A stretch of DNA of 64,000 nucleotides from the NCBI GenBank assembly GCA_951406725.2, contig OX597819.1, positions 75,764,001 to 75,828,000 on the forward strand, in the 5' to 3' direction. The DNA is from Octopus vulgaris. Its lineage: Eukaryota. The position numbers and the translations under genes are program-made. Shown in pieces: positions 41,647 to 55,920 of the stretch; position 1 is the stretch's first letter, and the number at the start of each line of letters is the position of its first letter. The notes under the pieces are model-generated. The model saw only the letters and a list, made by a program, of their open reading frames with translations. It did no database searches and was not told the origin of the DNA.

Positions 41647-42165
41647 TCACTCACACATGCACACGCAAAAGCACGTAATCGAGTTGTGAAAGGTAGGAGT
41701 TTTCATGGAAGGGGCAGACGGTGGTGTGGCACAGCACACTCAATGCAGAATTCGCACCAATCATTGACATATCGGTATATCATTGATATAATATATAAAT
41801 TCGCTTTATATGAGAGACAGCAATTCTCTCCAGGTAAAATGTATCTGAACATCTAACTAGCCACTGTAAGATGTTAATATTTAATTGATATGATAACAAA
41901 GCAGTTTGACTTGCAGCGTTGATTCTTATCGTATCGTTAGAGAAGATTTCGTAAACAGAACTACTTGTGAGCATGTCATGTTGACTTAGAATTTACATAC
42001 GCACGAGCATACATGCATACATACATACATGCATGCATACATACATGCATACACACATACATACATACATACATACATACATGTTGACATTCCAATGAAG
42101 CGGCCTTGGATCTAGGTTAGAAACCGGCACTTTATTGGCAAGAAATCTTGAAATAAAACTGAACA
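41450..42165 (+). repeat. Two copies of a 70-bp element end (41450-41520, 42089-42160) within microsatellites
   Basis: attcca.tgaagc.gccttggatctaggttagaaaccggc.ctttattggcaagaaatcttga is present twice. Confidence 0.75.
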
Positions 42166-42309
42166 ATGACATACACACATATATACATATGCACATATAT
42201 CTACACACACATCACTCACTCACGAACAAATAGGTATGTAAGGCACATAGATACAAACATATGGGTGTGTGTATATATATACGTATATATATAAAATATA
42301 TACATACAT

Positions 42310-42392
<83 letters not shown>

Positions 42393-42763
42393 ATATGTAT
42401 GATATGCATATATAGTCACAAACGTACGCAATATATATTTCTGTACACACCCATATTGCCCTACGTTAATATCCCCCTAAAAATATATATTAATTCACAC
42501 AGACAGACTTATATAAGAAAATACTATATGTATATAATATATATTTATATTTATATATATATACAAAAATATATACATATATATATATACATATATATAC
42601 ATACATACATACATATATACATAAATATATATACATATATATAAATACATACATACATATATACATATATATATGCATACATACATATATATGCATACAT
42701 ACATATATATGCATACATACATATATATGCATACAAACATATATATACACACACACACATATA

Positions 42764-42847
<84 letters not shown>

Positions 42848-43272
42848 TACTTTTTCAACGTATCTTGCAGAGATTTATTTGGCCGGCAGGACACACGTTT
42901 GGCCTAGCATTTTAAGTGTAGCGCTTGTCATTACAGATATAACTGCAATTGAAATGAATGAAAGATAATAAAGGTGGATGAAGGAGTAAGAATGGTAAAC
43001 GGTAACGATAGTGATCATTTCAATCAAGACGATGACGACGATAATAATGATGATGATGATGAACATAATCTTCTCAATGATATTTTTAAATCTGATAACG
43101 ATAGCTAAATCACTGTTGCTGATTTGATACAGTTGTGCATTATGACAGCATTTTCTATCTATCTATGCATCTATCTATGCATCTATCTATCCATCTATCT
43201 ATCTATGCATCTATCTATGCATCTATCTATCCATCTATCTATCTATCTATCTATCTATCCATCTATCTATCC

Positions 43273-43303
<31 letters not shown>

Positions 43304-43322
43304 CATCTATCTATTTATCCAT

Positions 43323-43358
<36 letters not shown>

Positions 43359-43904
43359 CTATCTATTGTATACATACGCACATACATATATAAAACTATT
43401 TGTGTATTTACATATTTATGCACCCATATATATGTATGCATATATTGTATGTGTGTGACTGTATTTATATATGTATGTACGTAAGCAAAAACATGTGTGC
43501 GTTTGTGTGAGTGCTTCAATTTGAATAGTGTTAACCATGGTTAGACTTCAATCGCACATCGCTGAGTAAATTTAAAGGCTGTAAAGTTATACATGAAATT
43601 AAAAATAGTAAATGATTGGTTGCTGAACTATTGGCGAAAATATATACAGGCCACACCTCGTCAGCAGCGCTCTGATATATCAATGCAAAAGACATTTAAC
43701 ACTCACTGTTTATGCATAGGCCCAATGCAAAGGTGCAGTTTCCTGCTGCTTAGAGCGGGAGATCAGCGCTTCTGGATTGATGAATGATTTGTTGGATGTA
43801 TTCAAATGTGGTCGAACTAACCGATGTGGCTATCCCTTCTTTAATTTAGTAAATTTCTAGGACTACATTATCTTGTGTATTTCTCCTGCTTTAAATCGCT
43901 GTCT

Positions 43905-44260
43905 TGCCAGCTTACAAAAAGATAGTAGTATATAGAAGAACAGTGGCGATGATTTTAAATGAAACTACATAGGTCACAGAGAAAGTATCTCCAAGACTAG
44001 AAAAATACAGCACGCGAATTCCTTTAGATATATAAACACAAGTGATTCAATGTTGTTAATTAAAACGTCTAGAATATGAAAAGGGAGTGCTCATGAAAAC
44101 TGAAAACCTGTATTCCAAAAGATCAAGAAAATACATTCTGTAACTGACTCAAAATGTCCATATATTGAAACAAGAATCCACAACGCTTATTAAGAGACCC
44201 GAAACCCCTTTCTACATGCAAATAACAGAATAAAGCTTACTGAAATCATTTGTATATGTT
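43905..44260 (+). pseudogene. Degraded GIY-YIG endonuclease of a Penelope-like element
   Basis: Manual translation gives IVVYRRTV, a frameshift, then NYIGHRESISKTRKIQHANSFR. This fits the PLE pattern VVY...YIG.TE..FK.R..QH..SFR. Confidence 0.55.
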
Positions 44261-44779
44261 GTCATTAACTTCTACTGTATACGAGTATCTCTTAAACAGA
44301 TTCTTGAAAACTACGTTCCTCACGTACTTTCTTGCAAATTGCTAACTTGATACTTATATTGACTGCTTCTATAAAGTTCCTAAACCTGCAGCAGTACAAC
44401 ATGTTTTTAAGGTGGACTTTCGTCAGCACCAACTTCTAACAAGAATCGATCAGGCGGGGAAAGGAGAGAAATATATTGCTAAAGCTTATGACTTCGACGA
44501 GATTATTGCTCTGCACACAAATAGAGGAAAAAATGTCGCCAAACAAAGACAAGTTGACTATACTCAAATTTTTGTCCATAACAGTTCTGGCCGCCTGTGA
44601 AATTTTTCAAGTCACGAATAAGGCGTTTATATCGAAATATCAGCTACAGCCAATTCATTATAGATTGTTAACATAACAAATTATAACACATAAGTGCTTT
44701 GTTTAGCTTTTTTATAACATATAATATGCTTAAACGGCATTTTCCAGATTTGATCAGTAAACTTTTATTTAAGCTACAG

Positions 44780-44834
<55 letters not shown>

Positions 44835-45022
44835 GGTGTGTGTTTATGTAACAAAATACACAATTTTACAAAAGCATAACAAGCAGAAAATTCGTAGCTA
44901 ATTCCTCATCAGCCAACGTCATAAGTTTCCTTACAATTTCGCGCCTTTAACGTCGACATTCTTCACTTTTGGTGGAGCCAGTGGAGAAAAAGCCACTGGG
45001 AATACCTAACAAATATACATAC

Positions 45023-45068
<46 letters not shown>

Positions 45069-45589
45069 GAATACTAATCCAGAAGATGCTCAGATAGGAA
45101 ATTTTGTCTTTTCAATCTCGTACATCTGCTCCTCTATTTCCGCGCAGATCATAAACCCCTTATTAGTTCTTTTCATTATTCTGTCTATTTCATTACCATG
45201 TAAACATAGTTTCGTCTTCCTCGCTGTTGTGTTATGATAAACTTAAGTTCATGCATATTCGTTATCCGTCACCTACTCATTTATTCATGTTTATCACATC
45301 GTCCCTTATTTCTCTAATTTTGTCACAGATTGGCTGAAAATTCTAAGATTTAAAAAATTCTAGTTCAATATTATCAGCATTTGCTGTTTCATTAAAATTA
45401 TGTTACCCAAAATCCCCAAATAATATTTTTCACTCTCGTGTTCTGTCCCTGACCACCCTAAATGTGGCCCCCCTCTCTCTCTGCCTCACTCTGTCTGTCT
45501 CTCTCTCTCTGTGTTTCGATTACCACTTCCTTCGCCAACACTTCCCAATCCACCCCCACCCCACCACCCCCAACTTCAACTGATGCCAC

Positions 45590-45810
45590 CCCGCTGGCTG
45601 GCTAAAGCAGGCAAGCCCCCAGTCCTCCTGAACGGGATGCCAGTCCGTCGTAGGGTTTCGCAGGGTTATCCATTTACAGCTGAGTGGACTGTAACAATGT
45701 GATGTGGAGTGTTTTGCTCAAGAATACCACGCACCGACAGATTAGAAATTGAAAGTACAATTTTGCGAATGCGAGTATAACGCCCTAACCATAAGGTCAC
45801 GTGCCTTCAC
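45590..45810 (-). mobile_element. SINE family C, degraded
   Basis: acgggatgccagtcc...cagctgagtggactg...tgttttgctcaagaa, shared with 62040-62287. Confidence 0.65.
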
Positions 45811-46409
45811 ACACACATTCCTAATTATTTGTACAGGCATACATACACATAGATTCATATATGTTTGTACACACATATATCTATATGTATTGATCAGAAT
45901 TTTGAAAGCGAAGCTGTACAATGCAATTTTAATAAAACATTGTTCCTTTTAGATGATATTGATAGTTCCATTGTTTCTTTTAGATTCTATTGATTGACAT
46001 TATATTTATATGAGAAAAAAAGGTGAAAATCGTATTAACTCAAATAAATACAGCTGAATGTAAAGTGATTTTAAAGTGGTTTTTGGGGTATATTATTTTT
46101 TAAAAACCCATTGTGTATATGAATTTGAACTGAAAGTTGCATAATGCAATTTTAACAAAACTGCTTTATCTTTTTTTCTTATTGATTATATTTCGATCTG
46201 AACGACCCTTTTCAAAGATGATACATTCGGAATGGAAGCAGTGGAAGAAAGAACAGCAACGGCCTGCTGCCATGGCATATCTGAGATTTATCAAGTACAA
46301 AACGTATTCGAATATTTGCCAAATCGTCGCTGGAGCGTTCCATCAATAACTTCCTGGAAAGCAAATTTTAAAAAAAAGCCCACCACCTTAACACATTACT
46401 TTGCAATAC

Positions 46410-46830
46410 GAACCATTATTTTTTTCTTCCAGTCATTGGAATGTAGCCATGCTGCAGCATCGCCCCGAAGTGCTTTAGTCGAACAAATTGACTCCAGTAC
46501 TTATTTATTGTCTTGTACTTATACTATCAGTTTCTTTTGCCGAACTGCCATGTTACAAGAACGTAAACAAAGCAATACCGGTAATCAGGTGGTGCGGCTA
46601 GGTGGGGAAAACACAAGCACTCACACACGTGTATACGGCAGACTTCCACACAGTTTCAGTCTACTACATTCACTCCCAAATCACTGGTCGGTTCGGGGCT
46701 GTGGTAGAAGTCTCTTGCTCAAGGTGCCGCACAGTGGACCTCGGCGGAATTTGAACTCAGAATGTAGCGACAGACGAAATAGCGTTAAACATTTCGCCCG
46801 GCGTGCTAACGTTTCTGCCAGCTCGTCTCC
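46410..46830 (-). mobile_element. Family B SINE joined to a family A head fragment
   Basis: Reverse-complement family B body and head at 46410-46740, then family A head to about 46830. Confidence 0.6.
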
Positions 46831-47049
46831 TTGCTCAATAGACATAGAGTAGAACAGTAATAGGCAACCTGCGGGCCAGCAAGTTACTCTCCTGGCACGC
46901 CTAAAGTAAAATTACCTTGAATTTTTTAAACCTGTGCGGCCGCCTAATGATAAGTCATGTCTCATGCGACTTGTTTTTTTAGAGCATGTCTCATGCGGCC
47001 TGCTTTTCGAGAGCATTTGTTCATATTTGATGTACAGTTTCATACATGT

Positions 47050-47250
47050 AAGAATTTAACCATTTGAAATAAAGAAAAACATCCACTTCTAACTGTATCG
47101 TCTTTCTTTATCATATATTTGGATTTGCTGATATTATTTGGAGTTTTCTGCTTTGCAGGTTGGGTTTAGATTCTATGAATTCCTAGAGTGATCACTTGTC
47201 TACCGATTGCAAGTATAATCTCAGTTGTTAAAAGTTTTTCAGTTCATTAT
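47050..47250 (-). pseudogene. Possible C-terminus of a PLE GIY-YIG domain
   Basis: Minus-strand CKAE, a frameshift, then KLQIISANP resembles the C..EKL.I...P motif at the end of PLE ORFs. Confidence 0.35.
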
Positions 47251-47981
47251 ATTACTACTATACTACTTCTAGGGGCCTAGATGTATTTTGTCCTGAAAAG
47301 TAACAAAACTTCGGCAGGGCTTTTGATTTGAATGCGAGGCCAATGAGTAGGTACTTCCGTATCATATCCACTTAACCACACGGCGTTTACGCATACAAAG
47401 CAATAGGCATCGACAGCAACGAAGGGGACTGTATACGGTCACACGAACTACCAAAATCTTGCTCAGAACACTCTCCAAGTTTTCAGAAATTAAGAGAGAT
47501 ATTGGACAAAGTGGACCGAAGTATATGATGTCTGAAAGCAAAATAGACGTTGACCATGTATGGCATGACTTTGTTGATAGGTTTACTCAATCGAGGTTGA
47601 CCTGGACCTGATCAACAACAACAAACCGACAACAAAAATAGAAGAAACTTTAAAATAAATGTCACTACCACCTCCAAAAAGCAATAACTTAGTACAAGAT
47701 AAAGGTTAACATATATTGCCTATATTTGTTATTATTGGTTTCTTGATGCATTGGTTGTGTAGTTTGACTGAAAATGACAAATGTCTGGGGTGAAACTGGA
47801 GTTTAGCTCTCACATATACAAATGTTATAGTAAAAAAGGATATATGTATATGCATATAAACATACATATATACAATCGTACGTACACACACATATGTATA
47901 TAGATATATCCATATACATACATACTTACATATATATATACATACAAATATATATATATACTTACATATATATATACATAC

Positions 47982-48023
<42 letters not shown>

Positions 48024-50941
48024 CTACATATATAGATATTGATATATATGCATATATATGAATATATAAAATATACTTTTACACATACATGCACACGTAC
48101 TGACAGATATATACGTATATGGTGTTCAAACTTAGATGTGAAAGAATATGCATAAACATATTAGCACTATACCGTACACTTGCACGCTCATAAATACGGA
48201 GCCATATATACATGTTCTCATAATCTTTGCAAGAAAAGGTCTTTTGAGCAAGCATTACCTCAAGAAAAAAAATACACTTTATTCATCTATTTGCTCCATA
48301 AATATTCTTTAGAAATGTTTTCGCTTGAAAGTCTCCTAAAATGTCAAGTATCAAAGGATAACATGAAATATGTTTCATTTTTCCTTCCTGACATTTTTCT
48401 TCTTAACATCTTTCTTGAATACTTACATACATAATGGTCACGCTGCTATTAATTTTCTTGCTTCTCATTTCCACGAATATAAAGAAAGGGTTAGTGTTGT
48501 TGGCAGCCGATCGTATTTAATCTTGTGTCTCTTTTTCAGGCTGTATTTAAATCAATCAACCATCGGCATTGCTCGCCGGTCTTGTAGTAAACGGAGAGAT
48601 GGTTGATAAAATAAATACCTGTAATATATGGAGATTAATGAATTGAAGACACCTTTTCTTAAAAAACAACAACAAAGAGTTAAAGCCTTGTGCCAACAAA
48701 GGAATGGATCTCTCCGTGGCCATTCGATCTGCTAAAACTTGCAAGTAAATATCACACCCTACTTATTATCTATTTCATAAATTGTTAAAATGGTGGACGC
48801 GTTGGATAATGTCTTGCTACGTACTCTATAAGTGAGAACAAAGAGAGTATGATCAAAGTTGGACCTCTGATCAGTACTGATCTTGTGCCGAACAACAACA
48901 ACAAAGATAAAAACATCAACAATAACAAAAGTTAAGCCTTGTGCCTCAATAGGAAACATATTACCATGAAGGTGTGTGCATGCATTTGATTGCTTATTGA
49001 TATAAGCATGTATACTTATGTTATCAACATAACGAAGGCAATAGGGTGAAGGATAACCGATTGAAGACTTTCGTATTCTACATTATCTCACCAACATTCC
49101 ACTCTAAAATGATGCAAATCTACTACGTTGTAATCAGGTATCATAACCCAGCAACAATTCAAATATTTCATTTGCTTTTGATTTTATGTAAATAGCTGAG
49201 AACAAACCCCAGTAATAATTACTTCCCTTACAAATTTACTCTACATTAGAGATTAAGAAACCTTGCGACATAAGGTGTGTTTAGATGTGACACAAAGGGT
49301 ATCTATGAGGGTCGTTCAGTTTTGAGATTATAATTTTTTTCATTTTTCCAAAATCCATATTAAGATTCGAACGACTTAGGTAGAGAGCTGGCAGAATAGT
49401 TAGCACGCCGAAAAAAATGCTTAGTGGCCTTTCGCCCGTCTTCACCTTCTGAAATGAAATTCCGACGAGGTGCACTTTACCTTTAATCTTTTCTGGGATC
49501 GATGTAGTCGATTTGCCCCACAGCCGGAATTGCTGGTCCTGTGACAAAATTTGGAATCAATATTTGAGAAACTTGAAAAACGGCCTCGTTTCTAATTTTA
49601 TTATATATAAGTATGATCAATAAAACTAGAACAGCAATAATTTATATTGTTTTCTGATTTTTAACTCTAAAACATTTTTGTTGAGTTTTCTAAACAAAGA
49701 GCGCCACTAAAGTTTTTAATTTATTCTTCATCTGAACTAGGTATTCTATTTAACCCTAGGTATATCATGAAGTCAAAAAGATATCAAATCACGGCTCAAA
49801 ATGCTTGCAAGAACCATTTCTTTTTCAAATCATGCGATTCTAGTCTCAAAATAAACGCCTATGATCAGAGATGTGCTGGATCAGAGTAGAACTGGGGTTA
49901 AGCGAGAACAACAACAAAACTACTGACATAAGTATTTCACGTGTATAATATAGTAATATAATGAGTTGAAATATTTTGAGTTATTGTTTTAATGCAATTA
50001 GTAAACAAAGACTTCCTTAACAGTATCAACGATGCTGAAAGAAATGGTTCTTGCTATCAAAACCGACAAACGAATACAACGGACATGTGTCAGTCTTAAT
50101 ACAGCGTGATGTTAGGCTTCGAATCATTATCCATGCAGTGAATACACCACAACCTTGGAGTGTTTAAAACAACAAATAACAAGCGGGATAGATAACTGGA
50201 ATATGATTAACCAACTGAACGATTTTTGAAAAATATAGATATTGCAGTTGAGAGTAGACCTTGTCTCTGTCAAGATGTATTTTTCTGGAAACTACCACTG
50301 CAAACTAAAGCAAATAATTGCTTAAAGTAAGACAGGCTGGTAATCAAACACATATCACAAACCCACTGTGAATGTCTAACTATAGTATATCAGTTTTAAC
50401 TATTTAAAAATACACGGGTATGGTTGTGTGATTTAGAAGTTCGCTTTCCAGCTATGTGATTTCTGGTTCAGTCCTACTGCACGGCATCTTGGGTAAGTAC
50501 AGTCTGCTATATCCTGAGACGACTAATACCTTATTAGTAAATTTAGTAGACGGAAACCGCGAGGAAGTCCGCTGCATCTATACATGTATGTATATATCTA
50601 TGTGTATGTGCCTTTGTGTTTGTGTTCGAGTTGCAGCACCACCCATTGTTTGAATACCGCTGTTGGATTGTATATGTTTCTATAATTTAGGAGCTCGGCA
50701 AAAGTAAACGGTATTCTATTCTATTCTTTTACTTGTTTCAGTCATTTTGACTGCAGCCATGCTGAAGCAGCTCCTTAAAGAGGTTTTTAGCCGAAAAAAT
50801 CGACTCCAGGACTTATTCTTTGTAAGCCTAGTATTTATTCTATCGGTCTATTTTGCCGAAACGCTAAGTTACGGGAACAGAAACACACCAGTATCAGGTG
50901 TCAAGCGATGGCGGAGTTAGGTCAAACACACACACACACGA

Positions 50942-51023
<82 letters not shown>

Positions 51024-51316
51024 TAGATAGATATACATATGCAGAGTACAACAGGTAAATTGTCGCCAATTTATTTTTTAATTTCGCGCATGTACATTGT
51101 TTGTTTTTGATTTTGTCGACTACATAATATAATTGGGTTAGGTGGGCACCGTCTATAAGAAAAGCAGCACCATGACGCAATTCAATCTGCTAGAAATTTG
51201 GAAATGGAGACTTACACCAAGTGCCTGGAGGAGGTAGTGCTGCCCTGAGTGAAGAGGGTGGCTGCTAGGAGACCCTATGTCTGAAATACGTCCTTCGTAA
51301 TTTAGTATGATATCTA

Positions 51317-51520
51317 TACGAGTGGTTGCTGAAAAGTTCCTGGCTTTGGGTAAAAGAAAATATAGTAGGAGCAGTTAATTAGAATTTTACTCAATATATT
51401 TGGCTCTCAGTATTATATACTTATTGCAGCGGTAAGCTCTGTAAAAATAGGAAAGTTGGGCCTCGAATTTAACCTTTCGCGATACTCTTAACGCCATAAA
51501 CTTTTCAGCACCCTCTCCTA
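51317..51520. mobile_element. Mariner/Tc1-type MITE
   Basis: TA-CGAGTGGTTGCTGAAAAGTT ... AACTTTTCAGCACCCTCTCC-TA imperfect TIRs with TA ends. Second copy at 59729-60069. Confidence 0.75.
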
Positions 51521-52133
51521 TGGGCCGCTTTACAATTCAGTGAGCTGTTGTATCAACAGTAGAAGCAACAACATTTCAATGAACCAACGATCATATGTGC
51601 TGTTGTTGACTGATTTTAACATTGAAGTAACAGTATCAATTTGTCCTAGGCTGGTGTTGGTATATTAACTCATCGATTAGTATTGATTCTTCAAGGCATA
51701 CAGAGAAAAGGTGTCTAGCTGCGACTGTCTAATTCTAAGCTTATTACAACGGTGCCTTTCATTCGCATCCGGAACGATTTTCATTTCAAATATATGTAAA
51801 CCGTTCACGTTATGAATAGGATCTTGAGACCGATATATATGATTTTGAAAATGCCTTCGTACTGCTTTCTAGAAGCAATCTTCAAACAGCTGCCATAGCC
51901 AGTGCTCACTTATACTAAATTTAGATTTTTTAAAAGTTTTATTTTAAACAACATGTGGCAGTTATCCAAAAAATTTGAATTATTTACTGAAATAAAACGT
52001 TCATTTGAAGAAAAATTTGAATATTCAATAATTTGATTTTTGAAAATATCTAGAACTTTGGTTCCGGGCGAATTTGCATGTGTAATGAGCGGTTTGTACG
52101 TAAATGTGTTAAAAACGTCATTCTGATGGTTAC

Positions 52134-52164
<31 letters not shown>

Positions 52165-52218
52165 TGTATGTATGTATGTATGTATGTATGTATGTACGTA
52201 CGTACGTATGTATGTATG

Positions 52219-52252
<34 letters not shown>

Positions 52253-52555
52253 TGTATGTATGTATGTATGTATGCTTGTATATGGATGAATAGATGGACA
52301 GATGTAACTATATATGACGGAATATATATGTATATGTATATAAATATAAATAAATATTTATATTTATGCGTGCATATACGTTGAATATTTGCAGATTATT
52401 GTCAATTTAGATCAATAAATACATATGTATGTTTCTTTCAAAATATTTATCCATATGTATTTTCATGTCATGCCTATTTATAACTATACATACGTAATAT
52501 ATATAACTATATATAAATATTAGTTACATATATATAATGTATAAACATATATATT

Positions 52556-52590
<35 letters not shown>

Positions 52591-52990
52591 TAGATTTAGT
52601 ATATTATGTGTATATATGTGTGTGCGTATGTGTATGAATACATACATACAAACACACACATGCACACATATTTATATTGGCATGCATTAGATATATGCAT
52701 AATAATGCATAATTATGCATGATTATATATTCTCATGAATAATCATATATGTGATTACCATAGTTAAAATATATGGGCGAAAATATATATGTACGTGTGG
52801 GCGTTTCTATGTGCGTGCGCATGTATGTGTATGTGTGAGTGTACTAGCGTGGGTGTATGTGCTGTACATTTGTGTATAACGTAAGCATTTAACTTAATTA
52901 GATTAAGAATGTTATACATGCATTAATTTCAACTAATCTTGCACAAATATAATATATTCAGTGACTACTGCTATAATATAAAAATCTAGA

Positions 52991-53382
52991 AAGGCGGCGT
53001 GCTGGCAGAAACGTTAGCACGCCGGGCGAAATGTTTAGCGGTATTTCGTCTGCCGTTACGTTCTGAGTTCAAATTCCGCCGAGGTCGACTTTGCCTTTCA
53101 TCTTTTCGGGGTCGATGAATTAAGTACCAGTTTGGCACTGGGGTCGATATAATCGACTTAATCTGTTTGTCTGTCTTTCTTTGTCCTCTCTGTGTTTAGC
53201 CTCTTGTGGGTAGTAAAGAAATAGGCATTTCGTCTACCTATACGTTCTGAGTTCAAATTCCACCAAGGTCGACTTTGCTTTTTATCCTTTCAGGGTCAAT
53301 ACATTAAGTACCAGTTGCCCAATGGAGTCGATCTAATCGACTGGCCCCTCCCCCAAAATTTCGGCTTGAGTAGAAAAGAATA
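52991..53382 (+). mobile_element. Family A SINE with internal tandem duplication
   Basis: Same about-184-bp unit as 27557-28230, present twice. Confidence 0.85.
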
Positions 53383-53594
53383 TTAGAACCCAGAATTAAC
53401 TCCGTTTTAAAATGTTGCTGAATTTATGAGTTACAAGCTTCAAATAGCCGGCTATTTGAAGCTTGAAGCTTGAGAAAGAGAGAGAGAGAGTAACTCACTG
53501 TAAACATTATTATTAAAATAAAAATTCTCTCCCACCCCAAACGCCATCTCTACTCGTATATAATGCTGTACCAACAACTTTCTTTTTATTATTC

Positions 53595-53643
<49 letters not shown>

Positions 53644-53784
53644 GGGAAGTTAAAAATTATCTGCACTTTCACCATAGCATATCTTTATCATTGTCACATT
53701 GTCTTCTGCGCATGCGTGTTTATAGTTGGGTACTATTGTGGTGACGTGGTCGAAGTTTGAGCCTGATTGCGCCATTTTCCTTTC

Positions 53785-54190
53785 TGGTTCTACAGTGTAG
53801 AACGTCATTGACTTCATCCTGTCCCTCTAGTCCACCTTCAGAGACATCAACTGTTGCTTGGTCATTTCCTTTGTGAGTGTACTTGTGCAGGTACTTCACT
53901 GACTTGATTGATGCATAAAATTCAACATTGATGTGACAGTTGTACTTCATTGTCAAATGTGGGCTGTCGGGAACTACCATTCTGTTGTCCATGACGTGCC
54001 TGACATTGTCCACAAACTTGACAAAATGTTTACCACTACTGTCTGGTGATCTGCGGCGACAGGTGGGGTAAGCGTCACCCCACAGAACTGTTTCATTGCA
54101 AAAATCTCTGGGAAGTCGTTTTGTGTGCTTGCTATTTACAACAAAACACAAACCTGGCTTGCAAGGTCCATGCATGTTGAATTTTGCAAC
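53785..54190 (-). pseudogene. Helitron Rep-domain fragment
   Basis: HGPC...KRLPRDF..ET....DAYPTCRRRS...DNRMVVPDSPHLTMKYNCHINVE..ASIKSVKYLHKYTHKGND...DEV matches the Helitron RepHel HUH region. Confidence 0.85.
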
Positions 54191-54550
54191 TTGCTTGTGC
54201 AACTCTAGAAATATTCTTGGCAAAACCTTGGCAGAAATGCATCTGATACCCATATCTTCAGTGATAATTGACTGAAATGAACCGCTGTAACTAATCTCCT
54301 GATAACTCACGGGTGGTAATTCGACGAATTCCTGTCACAGCTGCACGCCCATCTGTGATGTTTTTCTCAGTTCTTCTGTAAGTCTCCCAGAACGTTCGTC
54401 ACTATCGACATTTTTCGGCCATCTTGGAAATGTCTGAACCACACGTACACTTGTGTGCACCTCAAACCCTCCTCTCCATACTCTTTCTGCAACTTTGCGT
54501 TGACCTCTGAACAGGTATCGCCATGACAACTTTCTCTGTCAGGCCTCGTA
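54190..54550 (-). pseudogene. Mariner transposase N-terminal (HTH) fragment, frameshifted
   Basis: GDTCSE..AKLQKEYGEE...TQVYVWFRHFQDGRK, VDSDERSGR and SGSFQSIITEDMGIRCISAKVLPR. Ends at a TACGAGG terminus. Confidence 0.8.
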
Positions 54551-54556
54551 TGAATG

Positions 54557-54602
<46 letters not shown>

Positions 54603-54926
54603 ACATAGAACACGCATGTGCGCACGTGTGTTTGTATGCATTTGAGTAAATGTTATCTGAATATCTTCTACTAGAAAACATTAAAGTGTCGGTGATGTAG
54701 GTCACTTCCAATATACTTCCGTCATTAATGACATTATCATTTTTGACAGAAACACTGTATTATTTCCTTATAAAATATTACGAGTGAACATTCATTTACA
54801 GTTACTGAGATAAATAATTATCTCCATTTTTCTACTCATCCCATGAGTAAAAGCACACATACATATATGCCTGCAAGTATACATGTATGTATGCGTGCAT
54901 CTTCACATGTACATATATATATTTGC

Positions 54927-54965
<39 letters not shown>

Positions 54966-55172
54966 ATATGGACGTGTAAAGAACTTTATAAATATTCAAG
55001 AGAACATGAAATGATTTGGTTTGAAATATTAGCTTTCGATGAACATCATATAAAGCTATAAATAATAGCAGGTAAATAAAAAGTGACACCTTGGGAAAGT
55101 GTCTTCCACTGTAGCCTTGGGTCGACCAAAGTCATGTGAGTGGATATGGTAGATGGAAACTGAAAGAAGCCC

Positions 55173-55535
55173 CTGCTCAGTTGCTCTTCCGAATCTGCTA
55201 CCAGTGCTGTATCATCAACAAACAACAACTGACTCAATTGCCATTTCTCTCAATTTTCTCTCAGCATTTGGGCTCCCATACCAAAAGTTCTAGCATTTAC
55301 ACCGTCCATATATAAATTAAACAGCCACAGAGACATCATACAACCCTATATTAACCTCACATTTAAATTAAACCATTCACTCACTTCACCGCCTACTCTA
55401 ACGCACGCTCTATTTTCTCTATAAAATCTCTGTACAGCTCTCAACAGACTACCATCTACTCCATACAACCGCAACACCGGCGACATTGCATCCCGATCTA
55501 CACAGTCATATGCCTTCTCTAGGTCCCAAAACAAA
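55173..55535 (-). pseudogene. RTE-clade LINE RT fragment
   Basis: DLEKAYDCVDR..LRLYGV..LLRAVQRFY..ACVRVGGEVSEWF and SQLLFVDDTALVADSEEQL. Abuts a family B SINE head at 55084-55172. Confidence 0.8.
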
Positions 55536-55696
55536 CAAAATTCGTGAAATTATTTATAAGTAAATACGAGAGTGACAGAACTATCAAAATACCATCACCT
55601 GTGACAGCGAATACCAGCCGTACATGTAAATTTAAACAAATATATAAGTTGTATACATATATATAAGAACCGACTTATATACGTGTGTGTGTGTGT

Positions 55697-55741
<45 letters not shown>

Positions 55742-55889
55742 TTCGAGTCTCATGGGTGGCCACTGACAAATTTTTCTGCAAAATAATGATAATCTATCCT
55801 ATGCATGTAGTTCAGCATTATTCTGTGTTTAAGAATAAATTATTTCCATATCTGTATATTTCAATAAATCTCAACGCTTCTAAAAAAAG

Positions 55890-55920
<31 letters not shown>

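Noticed and set aside
44885-44970. Minus-strand CTGATGA and GTGAAGA…GAAA motifs
   Set aside because: The first lacks GAAA. The second has a mutated core, weak stem II and no stem I. At most a decayed relic.
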